In this document: in pieces, positions 8,662 to 16,079 of the stretch
Position numbering within the stretch: position 1 is the stretch's first letter
Layout of the letters: each line of letters starts with the position of its first letter
Assembly (NCBI GenBank): GCA_964506755.1
Contig: CAZDMH010000014.1
Span: forward strand, 2,364-34,363
Direction: 5' to 3'
Source of the DNA: an uncultured Spirochaetales bacterium
Lineage (GTDB): Bacteria > Spirochaetota > Spirochaetia > DAHUYW01
Length of the DNA stretch: 32,000 nucleotides
Position numbers and translations under genes: made by a program
The notes under the pieces: model-generated
Databases searched by the model: none
What the model was told of the DNA's origin: nothing
The model's input: the letters and a program-made list of their open reading frames with translations, nothing else

Positions 8662-9072
8662 ATGAAAGACATTCTGCTCATCATCGGTTCCGAGTCCGAC
8701 AAGAAGAGTGTCGCTCCGGGAGTCGATCTCATGCAGGAAAAGGGACTGTCGTTCGACTTGGTAGTCTACTCGGCCCACCGAAATCTCACCGAGCTGCTAC
8801 AGTTCCTCAAGGGAGCGCAGGAAGACTACCGGGTGATCATCACGGCGGCCGGCCTCTCGGCGGCGTTGCCGGGAGTGGTCGCCTCCCAGGTAAAGAACCC
8901 GGTTATAGGCGTGCCGCTCGTCGCAGGTGAGCTTGCCGGCGTCGAAGCACTGCTTTCGATCGTCCAGCTGCCGCGGGGTGTACCCGTGGCGACGATGGGA
9001 ATCGGAAAACAGGGGATACTCAACGCGGTTCTACTCGCGGAGAGGATCCTCGCCCTTGCTGAACGGCGGTGA
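8662..9072 (+). CDS. purE: PurE family protein (N5-CAIR mutase / AIR carboxylase; class uncertain), short at 136 aa
   Basis: GSESD, SAHR, AAGLSAALPGVVAS and QLPRGVPVATMGIG motifs. ATG 8662 has GGAGG 5 nt upstream, so I prefer it to the GTG at 8650 used by the ORF track. Confidence 0.8.
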   Translation: MKDILLIIGSESDKKSVAPGVDLMQEKGLSFDLVVYSAHRNLTELLQFLKGAQEDYRVIITAAGLSAALPGVVASQVKNPVIGVPLVAGELAGVEALLSIVQLPRGVPVATMGIGKQGILNAVLLAERILALAERR

Positions 9073-9091
9073 GCGTAGGCCGACGGCCCGC

Positions 9092-9820
9092 TTACCCCCA
9101 CTGCTGGCGCCTTGCCTCGTACATCAAGATACCCGCTGCGACTGAAACGTTGAATGAATCGACATGGCCACGAGTGGGTATCGCCACCAGCTCGTCGCAC
9201 CGTTCACGAAGAAGTCGTCCGAGTCCTCTCCCCTCACTCCCAAGCAGAAGCGCCGTTCTCCCACGTAGATCCAGACTCCCGGCAGACTTGCCCTCGGCAG
9301 CGGCGCCGTAGATCCAGAACTCGGAGGCTTTGAGGTCGGCAACCACACTGGCGAGATTTGGCACTGCAATCATCGGGACATAGACATTTGCGCCTGCGGA
9401 GACCCTCGCTACGGTCTCCGTCTCGTGGGCCGCGCGGCGCTCGGGCACTACTACGAGATCCACCGCAAACTGGTCAGCGCTCCGCAGTACCGCTCCGAGG
9501 TTATGAGGGTCGGTTACGCCGTCGAGAAGCAAGACCAGGGCCTGGGAGCCTGTCAGCGCCTGGAGGAACGACTTCAGCGTCCCGATCGGCTTACCGGGTG
9601 CTTTGTCGAGAACCAAAACCGCTCCACGATGATTTCGATGTCCACAGAGCCGCTCGAGCGCGCTATCCTTCTCCCGTCGAACCTCTATACCGACGGTTTT
9701 CGCCAGGCGAGCAAGCTCTTCGACTCGCCCCTCACCTCGAGAGACGTGGAGAGAGCCGTTGGAGACTCCTGCAGAGAGTGTTTCTTCAATCGCATGAAAT
9801 CCGGTGATCGCCTCGCTCAA
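9092..9820 (-). CDS. rlmB: TrmH/SpoU family RNA 2'-O-methyltransferase, RlmB-like (242 aa)
   Basis: GFHAIEETL N-terminal domain. SpoU motifs LLLDGVTDPHNLGAVLRSA, LLLGSEGRGL and IPTRGHVDSFNVSVAAGILMYE. I chose TTG at 9820 as the start (TTGA overlap with the upstream stop). The ORF-track start at 9949 would overlap the upstream gene by 133 nt. Confidence 0.75.
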   Translation of the reverse strand: MSEAITGFHAIEETLSAGVSNGSLHVSRGEGRVEELARLAKTVGIEVRREKDSALERLCGHRNHRGAVLVLDKAPGKPIGTLKSFLQALTGSQALVLLLDGVTDPHNLGAVLRSADQFAVDLVVVPERRAAHETETVARVSAGANVYVPMIAVPNLASVVADLKASEFWIYGAAAEGKSAGSLDLRGRTALLLGSEGRGLGRLLRERCDELVAIPTRGHVDSFNVSVAAGILMYEARRQQWG

Positions 9821-10263
9821 TTCGATGTGCCCCCGCCCGAGTTCGAGCTCTTCTGCTCCTGGAATACTCGCACAACATCGGGTTTGCCGTCGAAGTTCGT
9901 GTCCCTTTCGTATTTTACAACATAGATGCCGTCCGCCAACCAGACCCACAGGTCGATGCGGCCGTCGAAATTCGTGTCCACCTGCTGTGACACGAGGACC
10001 CCTTTGTTGTATTGGTAGAAGTCATCCATGCGTCCGTCATGGTTGTAGTCGATCGACTCGCTCAGCTTCGCGCCGGTGTCGTCCAGACGAACCACAAGAT
10101 CGATCCTACCGTCCCGGTTCGTGTCGTACTCGAGGCGCAACACTCCGCCGCCCTCGTCGACGGTCCTATCCGGCGCTCCAGATTGTGCAAACAGATTGTT
10201 CGAAAATAGGAAGAGAAAAACGAGAATCGAAGCTGCAAACCCCGCCGCAAGAAAGCGGTTCAT
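9817..10263 (-). CDS. Small secreted protein (148 aa) with four DxNxDGxxD calcium-binding-loop-like repeats
   Basis: ATG start. Signal peptide MNRFLAAGFAASILVFLFLFSNNLFAQ with no lipobox Cys. Repeats DTNRDGRID, DYNHDGRMD, DTNFDGRID and DTNFDGKPD. Confidence 0.7.
   Translation of the reverse strand: MNRFLAAGFAASILVFLFLFSNNLFAQSGAPDRTVDEGGGVLRLEYDTNRDGRIDLVVRLDDTGAKLSESIDYNHDGRMDDFYQYNKGVLVSQQVDTNFDGRIDLWVWLADGIYVVKYERDTNFDGKPDVVRVFQEQKSSNSGGGTSN
9877..10125 (-). repeat. Four protein-level repeats with a period of 24-25 residues: DxNxDGxxD followed by a hydrophobic strand
   Basis: Motif starts at residues 47, 72, 96 and 121 of the 148-aa protein. Each motif is followed by an alternating hydrophobic stretch (LVVRL, FYQY, LWVWL, VVRVF). 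Confidence 0.7.
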
Positions 10264-10275
10264 GGCTTTCCGTCG

Positions 10276-11403
10276 CTACCGCAAATCCGAGAGCGGCACG
10301 GGACCCGGACTCTCCACCTCGCCTTGAACTTCCGAGAGCTCCTTCAGGAGGTCTTTGGCGCGAGACGAGAGTTTCGCGGGGATCTGGACGAGTATCTTCA
10401 AGTAGAGGTCACCTCGTCGGTTCGAATTATGCGTGAAGGGGACTCCTTCACCACGAACACGCAGTGTGCGGCCGTTTTGCGTGCCGGAGGGTACCTTGAG
10501 CTTTATCTTCTTATCGTCGAGGGTTGTCACTTGAATATCTGCCCCGAGCGCAGCCTGGGTGATAGAGATAGGAATGGCGCAGTAGAGATCGTTTCCTTGT
10601 CGCTCGAAGTGTTTGTCCGAACGCGCCACGATATAGACGTAGAGGTCGCCTGCCTGTCCGCCATTCGGTCCCACATCTCCCTGACCGGTTATGTTGATAC
10701 GCTTACCTGACTCGACCCCGGGAGGAATGGTGACCTTTATCTTTTGATTCTTTGCCTCGAGACCCGTCCCATTGCATGAGCGACAAGGATGCTCGATGAT
10801 GAACCCTTCGCCGCCACAAGTTGCGCATGGCGAGGCGATCGAGAAGAATCCCGAGCTTCGCCTAACCTGTCCGCTTCCGCCGCAGGTCGGACACATTTTC
10901 TTCCCGCTACCGAACTCCGCCCCGCTGCCGCCGCACGTCGAGCAGCCAACGCTACGCTGATACGCAACCTCCACCTTTGTGCCGAAGACTGCGTCGCGAA
11001 AGGAGATCTCCAGGTTGTAGCGAAGATCGGATCCCCGCATGCTGGCACCTTCAGAGCGGCGCCTGCCCGTGGTTCCCCCGCCGAAAAAGGATTCGAATAT
11101 TCCGGAGAAATCTCCAAATATATCTTCGAAGTCGCGGAAGACTGAGGAATAGTCGTGAGCGCCACCGCCGCCCATTCCCTCGACCCCGGCAAACCCGAAC
11201 TGGTCGTAGGTTCTGCGTTTCTTCTCGTCCCGCAGAACCTCATAGGCCTCGGTTGCCTCCTTGAACATCTCCTCGGCCTTCTTGTCGCCCGGATTACGGT
11301 CGGGATGAAACTGAACGGCGAGTTTGCGGTATGCGCGTTTGATGTCGTCCACGGGGGCATCTCGGGACACCCCCAGGACTTCGTAGTAGTCTCGTTTTGC
11401 CAA
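10276..11403 (-). CDS. dnaJ: Molecular chaperone DnaJ
   Basis: J domain with HPD (FHPDRNPG), a G/F-rich region, and four CxxCxGxG zinc-finger motifs. The N-terminus (M)AKRDYYEVLGV is encoded from a TTG codon at 11403..11401. Confidence 0.95.
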   Translation of the reverse strand: MAKRDYYEVLGVSRDAPVDDIKRAYRKLAVQFHPDRNPGDKKAEEMFKEATEAYEVLRDEKKRRTYDQFGFAGVEGMGGGGAHDYSSVFRDFEDIFGDFSGIFESFFGGGTTGRRRSEGASMRGSDLRYNLEISFRDAVFGTKVEVAYQRSVGCSTCGGSGAEFGSGKKMCPTCGGSGQVRRSSGFFSIASPCATCGGEGFIIEHPCRSCNGTGLEAKNQKIKVTIPPGVESGKRINITGQGDVGPNGGQAGDLYVYIVARSDKHFERQGNDLYCAIPISITQAALGADIQVTTLDDKKIKLKVPSGTQNGRTLRVRGEGVPFTHNSNRRGDLYLKILVQIPAKLSSRAKDLLKELSEVQGEVESPGPVPLSDLR

Positions 11404-11437
11404 CGTGCAACTCTAACCTTTTTTTATCGCCCGCATG

Positions 11438-13408
11438 TTATTTCTTCTCTTCGTCCTCGTCAACCACTTCGTAGTCGACGTCTTCCACGTTGCCTGACTT
11501 GGAATCGTCGGTACCTTTGCCTTCTCCGTCTCCGCCCGAAGGGCCCTGGGCGCCGTTGGTGCTGCCGCCTTCGGCTGAACCCGACGCTTCACCCTGTGCT
11601 TGTGCACCGGCGGTCTTATAGACCTCCTCGGCCAGCTTGTGGCTCGCGGTCTTCAAGGCCTCGATCTTGTTCTTGATCTGGTCGACGTTGTCGCTCTCGA
11701 GAGCGCCGCGCAAGTCCGAGATCGCAGACTCGATGCCTTGCCGATCTCCGTCGGAGATCTTGTCGCCGTAGTCTTTGAGCGATTTTTCTGTCGAATAGAT
11801 GAGAGAATCGGCTTCGTTCCGCGCTTCGGCCCGCTCGCGAACCTTCTTGTCTTCAGCGGCGTGCGACTCGGCCTCGTTCACCATCTTCTTTATCTCGTCC
11901 TCTGAGAGCCCGGATGAGGATTCAATTCGAATCTTCTGCTCTTTCCCGGTGCCGAGGTCTTTCGCGGATACATGTACGATTCCGTTTGCGTCAATGTCGA
12001 ATGTGACTTCGATCTGCGGGACACCACGTGGAGCAGGAGGAATACCGACCAGGTCGAACCTTCCGAGGGTCCTGTTCTGGGTGGCCATCTCGCGCTCGCC
12101 CTGCAGAACGTGGATCGAAACTGCGGTCTGGTTGTCGGCCGCCGTCGAAAAGATCTGGCTCTTACGGGTCGGGATGGTCGTATTGCGCTCAATGAGTTTC
12201 GTGAAGACCCCACCGAGCGTTTCTATGCCGAGTGACAGCGGTGTGACGTCGAGGAGCAGAACGTCTTTGACGTCGCCACCGAGGATGCCACCCTGTACCG
12301 CCGCGCCAACGGCAACGACCTCGTCAGGGTTGACGCCTTTGTGCGGCTCCCGCTTAAAGAGCTCCTTCACAAGATTCTGCACCGCCGGAATACGGGTGGA
12401 GCCGCCGACAAGGATGACCTCGTCGATATCCGTTGCCTGCAGTCCGGCGTCCTTGAGCGCCTTTACGCAGGGGTCCTTCGTTCGAGAAAACAGATCCTCC
12501 ATCATCTGCTCGAACTTCGCCCGCGTGAGGTTGTACTGGAGGTGCTTGGGGCCAGAGGCATCCGCCGTGATGAACGGGAGGTTGATATCGGTCGACTGGG
12601 CGCTCGAGAGCTCGATTTTCGCCTTCTCAGCTGCCTCCTTGAGGCGCTGGAGTGCCATTCGATCCTGGCTCAGGTCGATGCCGTAGTCATTCTTGAAGCT
12701 CGAAACGAGCCAATCAATGATCCGTTGATCGAAATTGTCACCACCCAGGTGCGTATCCCCGTTCGTCGACTTGACCTCGAAAACACCGTCGCCGAGCTCG
12801 AGAATCGAAATATCGAAGGTTCCGCCGCCGAGGTCGTATACGGCGATCTTTTCTTCCTTCTTCTCCTTGCCGAACCCGTAGGCAAGGGATGCCGCGGTCG
12901 GCTCGTTGACGATGCGCTTCACCTCGAGCCCTGCTATGCGGCCCGCATCCTTTGTCGCCTGCCGCTGAGAATCGTTAAAATAGGCGGGGACGGTGATGAC
13001 CGCCTCCGTTACCGGCTCGCCAAGGTAGTCCTCGGCAGTCTTCTTCATCTTCTGCAGAATGATCGCCGAGATTTCCTGCGGGGAGTAGTCCTTGTCCGTG
13101 ATTTTCACACGTGCGTCGCCGTTTGCCGCTTCCATGACGTTGTACGGCACCATCCGAATCTCGTCAGGCACCTCACTCACCCTACGCCCCATGAAGCGCT
13201 TGATCGAGAACACCGTGTTCTCGGGGTTGGTGACCATTTGGTTCTTGGCGGGCTGCCCCACGAGCCGCTCACCTTTTGAGGTGAATGCTACGATTGACGG
13301 CGTGGTCCGCTGGCCCTCCGAGTTCTGAATGACAACGGGCTCGCCTCCCTCCATTATTGCAACGCACGAATTGGTTGTACCTAAGTCGATGCCGATTATC
13401 TTGCCCAT
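11438..13408 (-). CDS. dnaK: Molecular chaperone DnaK (Hsp70)
   Basis: [17 protein letters not shown] and [11 protein letters not shown] motifs, 656 aa. The ATG directly abuts the grpE stop (TAAATG), with AAGGAGAG inside the grpE 3' end. Confidence 0.97.
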   Translation of the reverse strand: MGKIIGIDLGTTNSCVAIMEGGEPVVIQNSEGQRTTPSIVAFTSKGERLVGQPAKNQMVTNPENTVFSIKRFMGRRVSEVPDEIRMVPYNVMEAANGDARVKITDKDYSPQEISAIILQKMKKTAEDYLGEPVTEAVITVPAYFNDSQRQATKDAGRIAGLEVKRIVNEPTAASLAYGFGKEKKEEKIAVYDLGGGTFDISILELGDGVFEVKSTNGDTHLGGDNFDQRIIDWLVSSFKNDYGIDLSQDRMALQRLKEAAEKAKIELSSAQSTDINLPFITADASGPKHLQYNLTRAKFEQMMEDLFSRTKDPCVKALKDAGLQATDIDEVILVGGSTRIPAVQNLVKELFKREPHKGVNPDEVVAVGAAVQGGILGGDVKDVLLLDVTPLSLGIETLGGVFTKLIERNTTIPTRKSQIFSTAADNQTAVSIHVLQGEREMATQNRTLGRFDLVGIPPAPRGVPQIEVTFDIDANGIVHVSAKDLGTGKEQKIRIESSSGLSEDEIKKMVNEAESHAAEDKKVRERAEARNEADSLIYSTEKSLKDYGDKISDGDRQGIESAISDLRGALESDNVDQIKNKIEALKTASHKLAEEVYKTAGAQAQGEASGSAEGGSTNGAQGPSGGDGEGKGTDDSKSGNVEDVDYEVVDEDEEKK

Positions 13409-14056
13409 TTACTTCTCTCCTTCTATTTCATCGTTTTGATCACTGTTCGCCGGCTCTTGGGACACCTTCACCTTTGCCGGACGGAGTACACGGTCATGAA
13501 GCAGGTATCCTTTCTGATAGTCTTCGAGCACGATTTGAGAGTTACCCTCCGGAGCGAGTTCCCCGACGCTGATCGCCTGGTGTCTCTCCGGATTGAATTC
13601 TTCGCCAGTGCTCTCGAACCGCTTCAGTCCGTACTTTCGTTCAAGCATCGACGTGAACTGCTTTTCGATCATCTCCACGCCGGCGTGGAAGGTATCGAAG
13701 TCTTTCGACTCCTCCGACGATTTGATCGCCCGCTCGAAATCATCAATGATAGCTATCAAGTCTGACAGAAGATCCGAGTTCGCAAACTTGATTGCATCCT
13801 CTTTTTCACGAAACATCCGTTTGCGAAAGTTCTCGAAATCCGCCTGTTTGCGGAGCAACAGGTCGTTCAGCCTGCCGTTTTCCTCTTCCAACTCCCGCAA
13901 TCGCGTTTCGAGACTGTCCAGAGACGACGAATCTGTTTGCTTCTCGCTCGCAGAGGGTTCGGCCGGTCGTGGCTGATCGGTGGCCTGGTCTTCTCCTACC
14001 TCGGAGAACACGGAATCATCGTTTTCGGCCGGTCTATCTCCGTTCTCGTTCGACAT
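13409..14056 (-). CDS. grpE: Nucleotide exchange factor GrpE
   Basis: Acidic N-terminus, a coiled-coil region, and C-terminal GYLLHDRVLRPAKVKV. It sits directly upstream of dnaK. Confidence 0.9.
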   Translation of the reverse strand: MSNENGDRPAENDDSVFSEVGEDQATDQPRPAEPSASEKQTDSSSLDSLETRLRELEEENGRLNDLLLRKQADFENFRKRMFREKEDAIKFANSDLLSDLIAIIDDFERAIKSSEESKDFDTFHAGVEMIEKQFTSMLERKYGLKRFESTGEEFNPERHQAISVGELAPEGNSQIVLEDYQKGYLLHDRVLRPAKVKVSQEPANSDQNDEIEGEK

Positions 14057-14128
14057 CTGTAACCCCTGTGGTTGATTACTTGAAGGCTCTGCGCCACGGA
14101 TTTGCGGAGCAGCAATTCTTGTGGAGAT

Positions 14129-14158
14129 AAGATACTAAGGGAGCTTTTAGGGTGTCAA
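14129..14158 (-). promoter_or_regulatory. Candidate grpE-dnaK-dnaJ promoter: TTGACA - 18 nt - TATCTT
   Basis: Minus-strand TTGACA at 14158..14153 and TATCTT at 14134..14129, about 70 nt upstream of the grpE ATG. The -10 region shares the 8-mer GTATCTTA with the ABC operon candidate promoter. Confidence 0.35.
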
Positions 14159-14203
14159 GAAATTTGGGCGTTGCGGCGATCTATTTAGTTTCTGCTTCAC
14201 AAC

Positions 14204-15187
14204 TTACGAGTAGAAAAGGATGACTGTTAAAGTCAGGTATCCGAGATACATCAGAACGAGGACGACACCCTTCCACCGTTCGAAGCGATAGCCCATTCGA
14301 GCGAAGATGAGCATGGTGAGAACGATGACAATCATGACCGGAAACGAGAAGAAGATCACTTTCGTTCCCACGTTGAGCGGATTCACGGTGGCGGAGGCTC
14401 CGACGATCCAGAGAATATTGAGAATATCCGCCCCGAGGATGTCTCCGAAGGCGAGGTCCCCGTGGCCCTTTCGGGCGGCCACGATACAGGTCGCAATTTC
14501 CGGGATCGAGGTTCCGATTGCCACAAGGGTCAGCCCGATGACTGCAGGCGTGACGCCGAAGAAATGGGCGATGAACTGGGCGCTGTTGACCAGGAACTCG
14601 CTCGCAACGAGTACTCCCGCGATACCGAGAATGAATCGTCCTACCTGCCGGCCGACCGACGCCGGCTCGTAGTACTCGTCCGCTTCCCCCTCGGCGCGGT
14701 TCGCCCGGCGATGCCGTCCCTCGTAGATCACAACAGTCGCAAGGTAGCCGGCCAGCACCACGAGCAGCACGATGCCTTCCCACCGATCGACGCTCCCGTT
14801 GAAGCTCAACCCGAATGCCAGTATGTCAATGCCGACCAGAAACAGTCCCGTCGAGCGCAGGACCCGCGAGTCGACGGCAATTGCTGTCGGTGCGACGAGT
14901 ATCCCCAATGCCAGGGCCAGCGCGTCGTCGACGATGACAGACCCCACCGCGTTTCCGAGTGCTATCTCCGGCTGTCCTTGAATGGCAGAGATGACGGAAA
15001 CCGTGAACTCCGGCGCGGTGGTCATGAAACCGACGAGGACTATTCCGACAATGATTTTTGGGATTCGCAGACCGTAGGCTATCCCCACAGCCCCTTCCAC
15101 GAGGATGTCGGCACTCTTTGCCAGCAGCACGAAACAGGCGACCACAATTCCAAGATGGACATAGATGTTGTCGGGAACGAAGCCCAT
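14204..15187 (-). CDS. CaCA family sodium/calcium antiporter (YrbG-like, 327 aa)
   Basis: Polytopic membrane protein with two alpha-repeat signatures (GNAVGSVIVDDALAL and GDILGADILNILWIVG). ATG 15187 is preceded by GAGGAGAG, so I prefer it to the upstream ORF-track start at 15256. Confidence 0.8.
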   Translation of the reverse strand: MGFVPDNIYVHLGIVVACFVLLAKSADILVEGAVGIAYGLRIPKIIVGIVLVGFMTTAPEFTVSVISAIQGQPEIALGNAVGSVIVDDALALALGILVAPTAIAVDSRVLRSTGLFLVGIDILAFGLSFNGSVDRWEGIVLLVVLAGYLATVVIYEGRHRRANRAEGEADEYYEPASVGRQVGRFILGIAGVLVASEFLVNSAQFIAHFFGVTPAVIGLTLVAIGTSIPEIATCIVAARKGHGDLAFGDILGADILNILWIVGASATVNPLNVGTKVIFFSFPVMIVIVLTMLIFARMGYRFERWKGVVLVLMYLGYLTLTVILFYS

Positions 15188-15272
15188 TTCTCTCCTCGTC
15201 TGTGTCGGGACGGCGGGAACCAGAGGAAGTCTCACGGATATGAAAAGCTTGGTCAAGGGGAGCGAAAACTCG

Positions 15273-15302
15273 TTGAATTATGTGACACGTCGGCGGTATC
15301 TT
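15273..15302 (+). promoter_or_regulatory. Candidate promoter of the ABC/LolA-like/barrel operon: TTGAAT - 18 nt - TATCTT
   Basis: TTGAAT at 15273..15278 and TATCTT at 15297..15302, about 60 nt upstream of the ATPase ATG. Confidence 0.25.
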
Positions 15303-15365
15303 AGACGGGGCGATTCAGCGCGCCGGCCCTCATTGCGGTCGGGGACAAAACCTCAGGAGAAGTCA

Positions 15366-16079
15366 ATGGCTATCGTGAAGCTCGAGAATGTGGAAAAGGT
15401 CTATCCCCTCGGCAAAACCGAGGTTCACGCGGTAAAAGGAGTATCGTTCGAGATAGAAAAGGGTGACTTCATTTCAATTGCCGGTCCGTCCGGTTCGGGG
15501 AAGACGACCATCCTCAACATGATCGGATGTATCGACGTGCCCACCTCCGGAAGCGTCGCGATAGACGGTCAGGTAACAAGTGGGTTGAGCGACCGCAAGA
15601 TCACCTCCCTTCGACACGAGGTGATCGGGTTCATTTTCCAGTCCTTCAATCTCATTCCGGTGCTCAACGTCTACGAAAATGTGGAGTTCCCCCTCCTGCT
15701 GGGCAAGGTAAAGGATGCGAAACGCGAGCGAGACGAATGGATCAAGTATCTAATTGAAGAGGTTGGACTCACCCAGTGGAGTCGGCACCGCCCGAACGAG
15801 CTCTCCGGTGGGCAGCGGCAGCGTGTCGCGATTGCACGTGCCTTGGTGACGAAGCCGCAAATCGTGCTGGCCGACGAACCGACGGCAAATCTCGATTCGA
15901 CGACCGGCGAGGCGATCATCGAGTTGATGAAGAAGATCAATCGAGACTTGGAGACGACCTTCATCTTCTCGACTCATGATGCGACGATTGTCGAAATAGC
16001 CGATCACATCATCCGACTCCACGATGGGGTTGTCGCGAGCGAGCAGCGAAGGGAGCGTGAAGATGCCGGTTCTCATTAG
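15366..16079 (+). CDS. ABC transporter ATP-binding protein, MacB/LolD/FtsE-like (237 aa)
   Basis: Walker A GPSGSGKTT, Q-loop region, signature LSGGQRQRVAIARAL, and Walker B IVLADEPT. ATG 15366 has AGGAGA 5 nt upstream. The 67 codons the ORF track adds upstream lie in the divergent intergenic region. Confidence 0.9.
   Translation: MAIVKLENVEKVYPLGKTEVHAVKGVSFEIEKGDFISIAGPSGSGKTTILNMIGCIDVPTSGSVAIDGQVTSGLSDRKITSLRHEVIGFIFQSFNLIPVLNVYENVEFPLLLGKVKDAKRERDEWIKYLIEEVGLTQWSRHRPNELSGGQRQRVAIARALVTKPQIVLADEPTANLDSTTGEAIIELMKKINRDLETTFIFSTHDATIVEIADHIIRLHDGVVASEQRREREDAGSH

Noticed and set aside
9073-9091. Short GGCC-GAC-GGCC hairpin between the convergent purE and rlmB genes, considered as a terminator
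   Set aside because: It has only a 4-bp stem and no U-tract on either strand, which is too weak to call.
9821-9949. N-terminal 43-codon extension of the rlmB-like ORF
   Set aside because: It would overlap the upstream secreted-protein gene by 133 nt. The extension (GLVGGRHLCCKIRKGHELRRQTRCC...) does not resemble RlmB. TTG at 9820 gives a typical 242-aa protein.
10419-10428. GGTTCGAATT, resembling a tRNA T-loop
   Set aside because: It lies inside dnaJ. No acceptor, D or anticodon stems can be drawn around it. I saw no tRNA or rRNA genes anywhere in the window.
11799-13279. Two long plus-strand ORFs (295 aa at 11799..12686 and 312 aa at 12341..13279) antisense to dnaK
   Set aside because: They lie entirely inside the very well supported dnaK CDS and have Arg/Leu/Ser-rich, low-information composition. 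Long antisense ORFs opposite hsp70 genes are a known artefact and have been misannotated in databases as NAD-specific glutamate dehydrogenase. There is no SD or promoter evidence.
14181-15304. Alternative-frame ORFs over the antiporter gene (200 aa minus at 14181..14783; 280 aa plus at 14462..15304)
   Set aside because: They overlap a CaCA antiporter with both alpha-repeat signatures and have Arg/Gly/Pro-rich wrong-frame composition.
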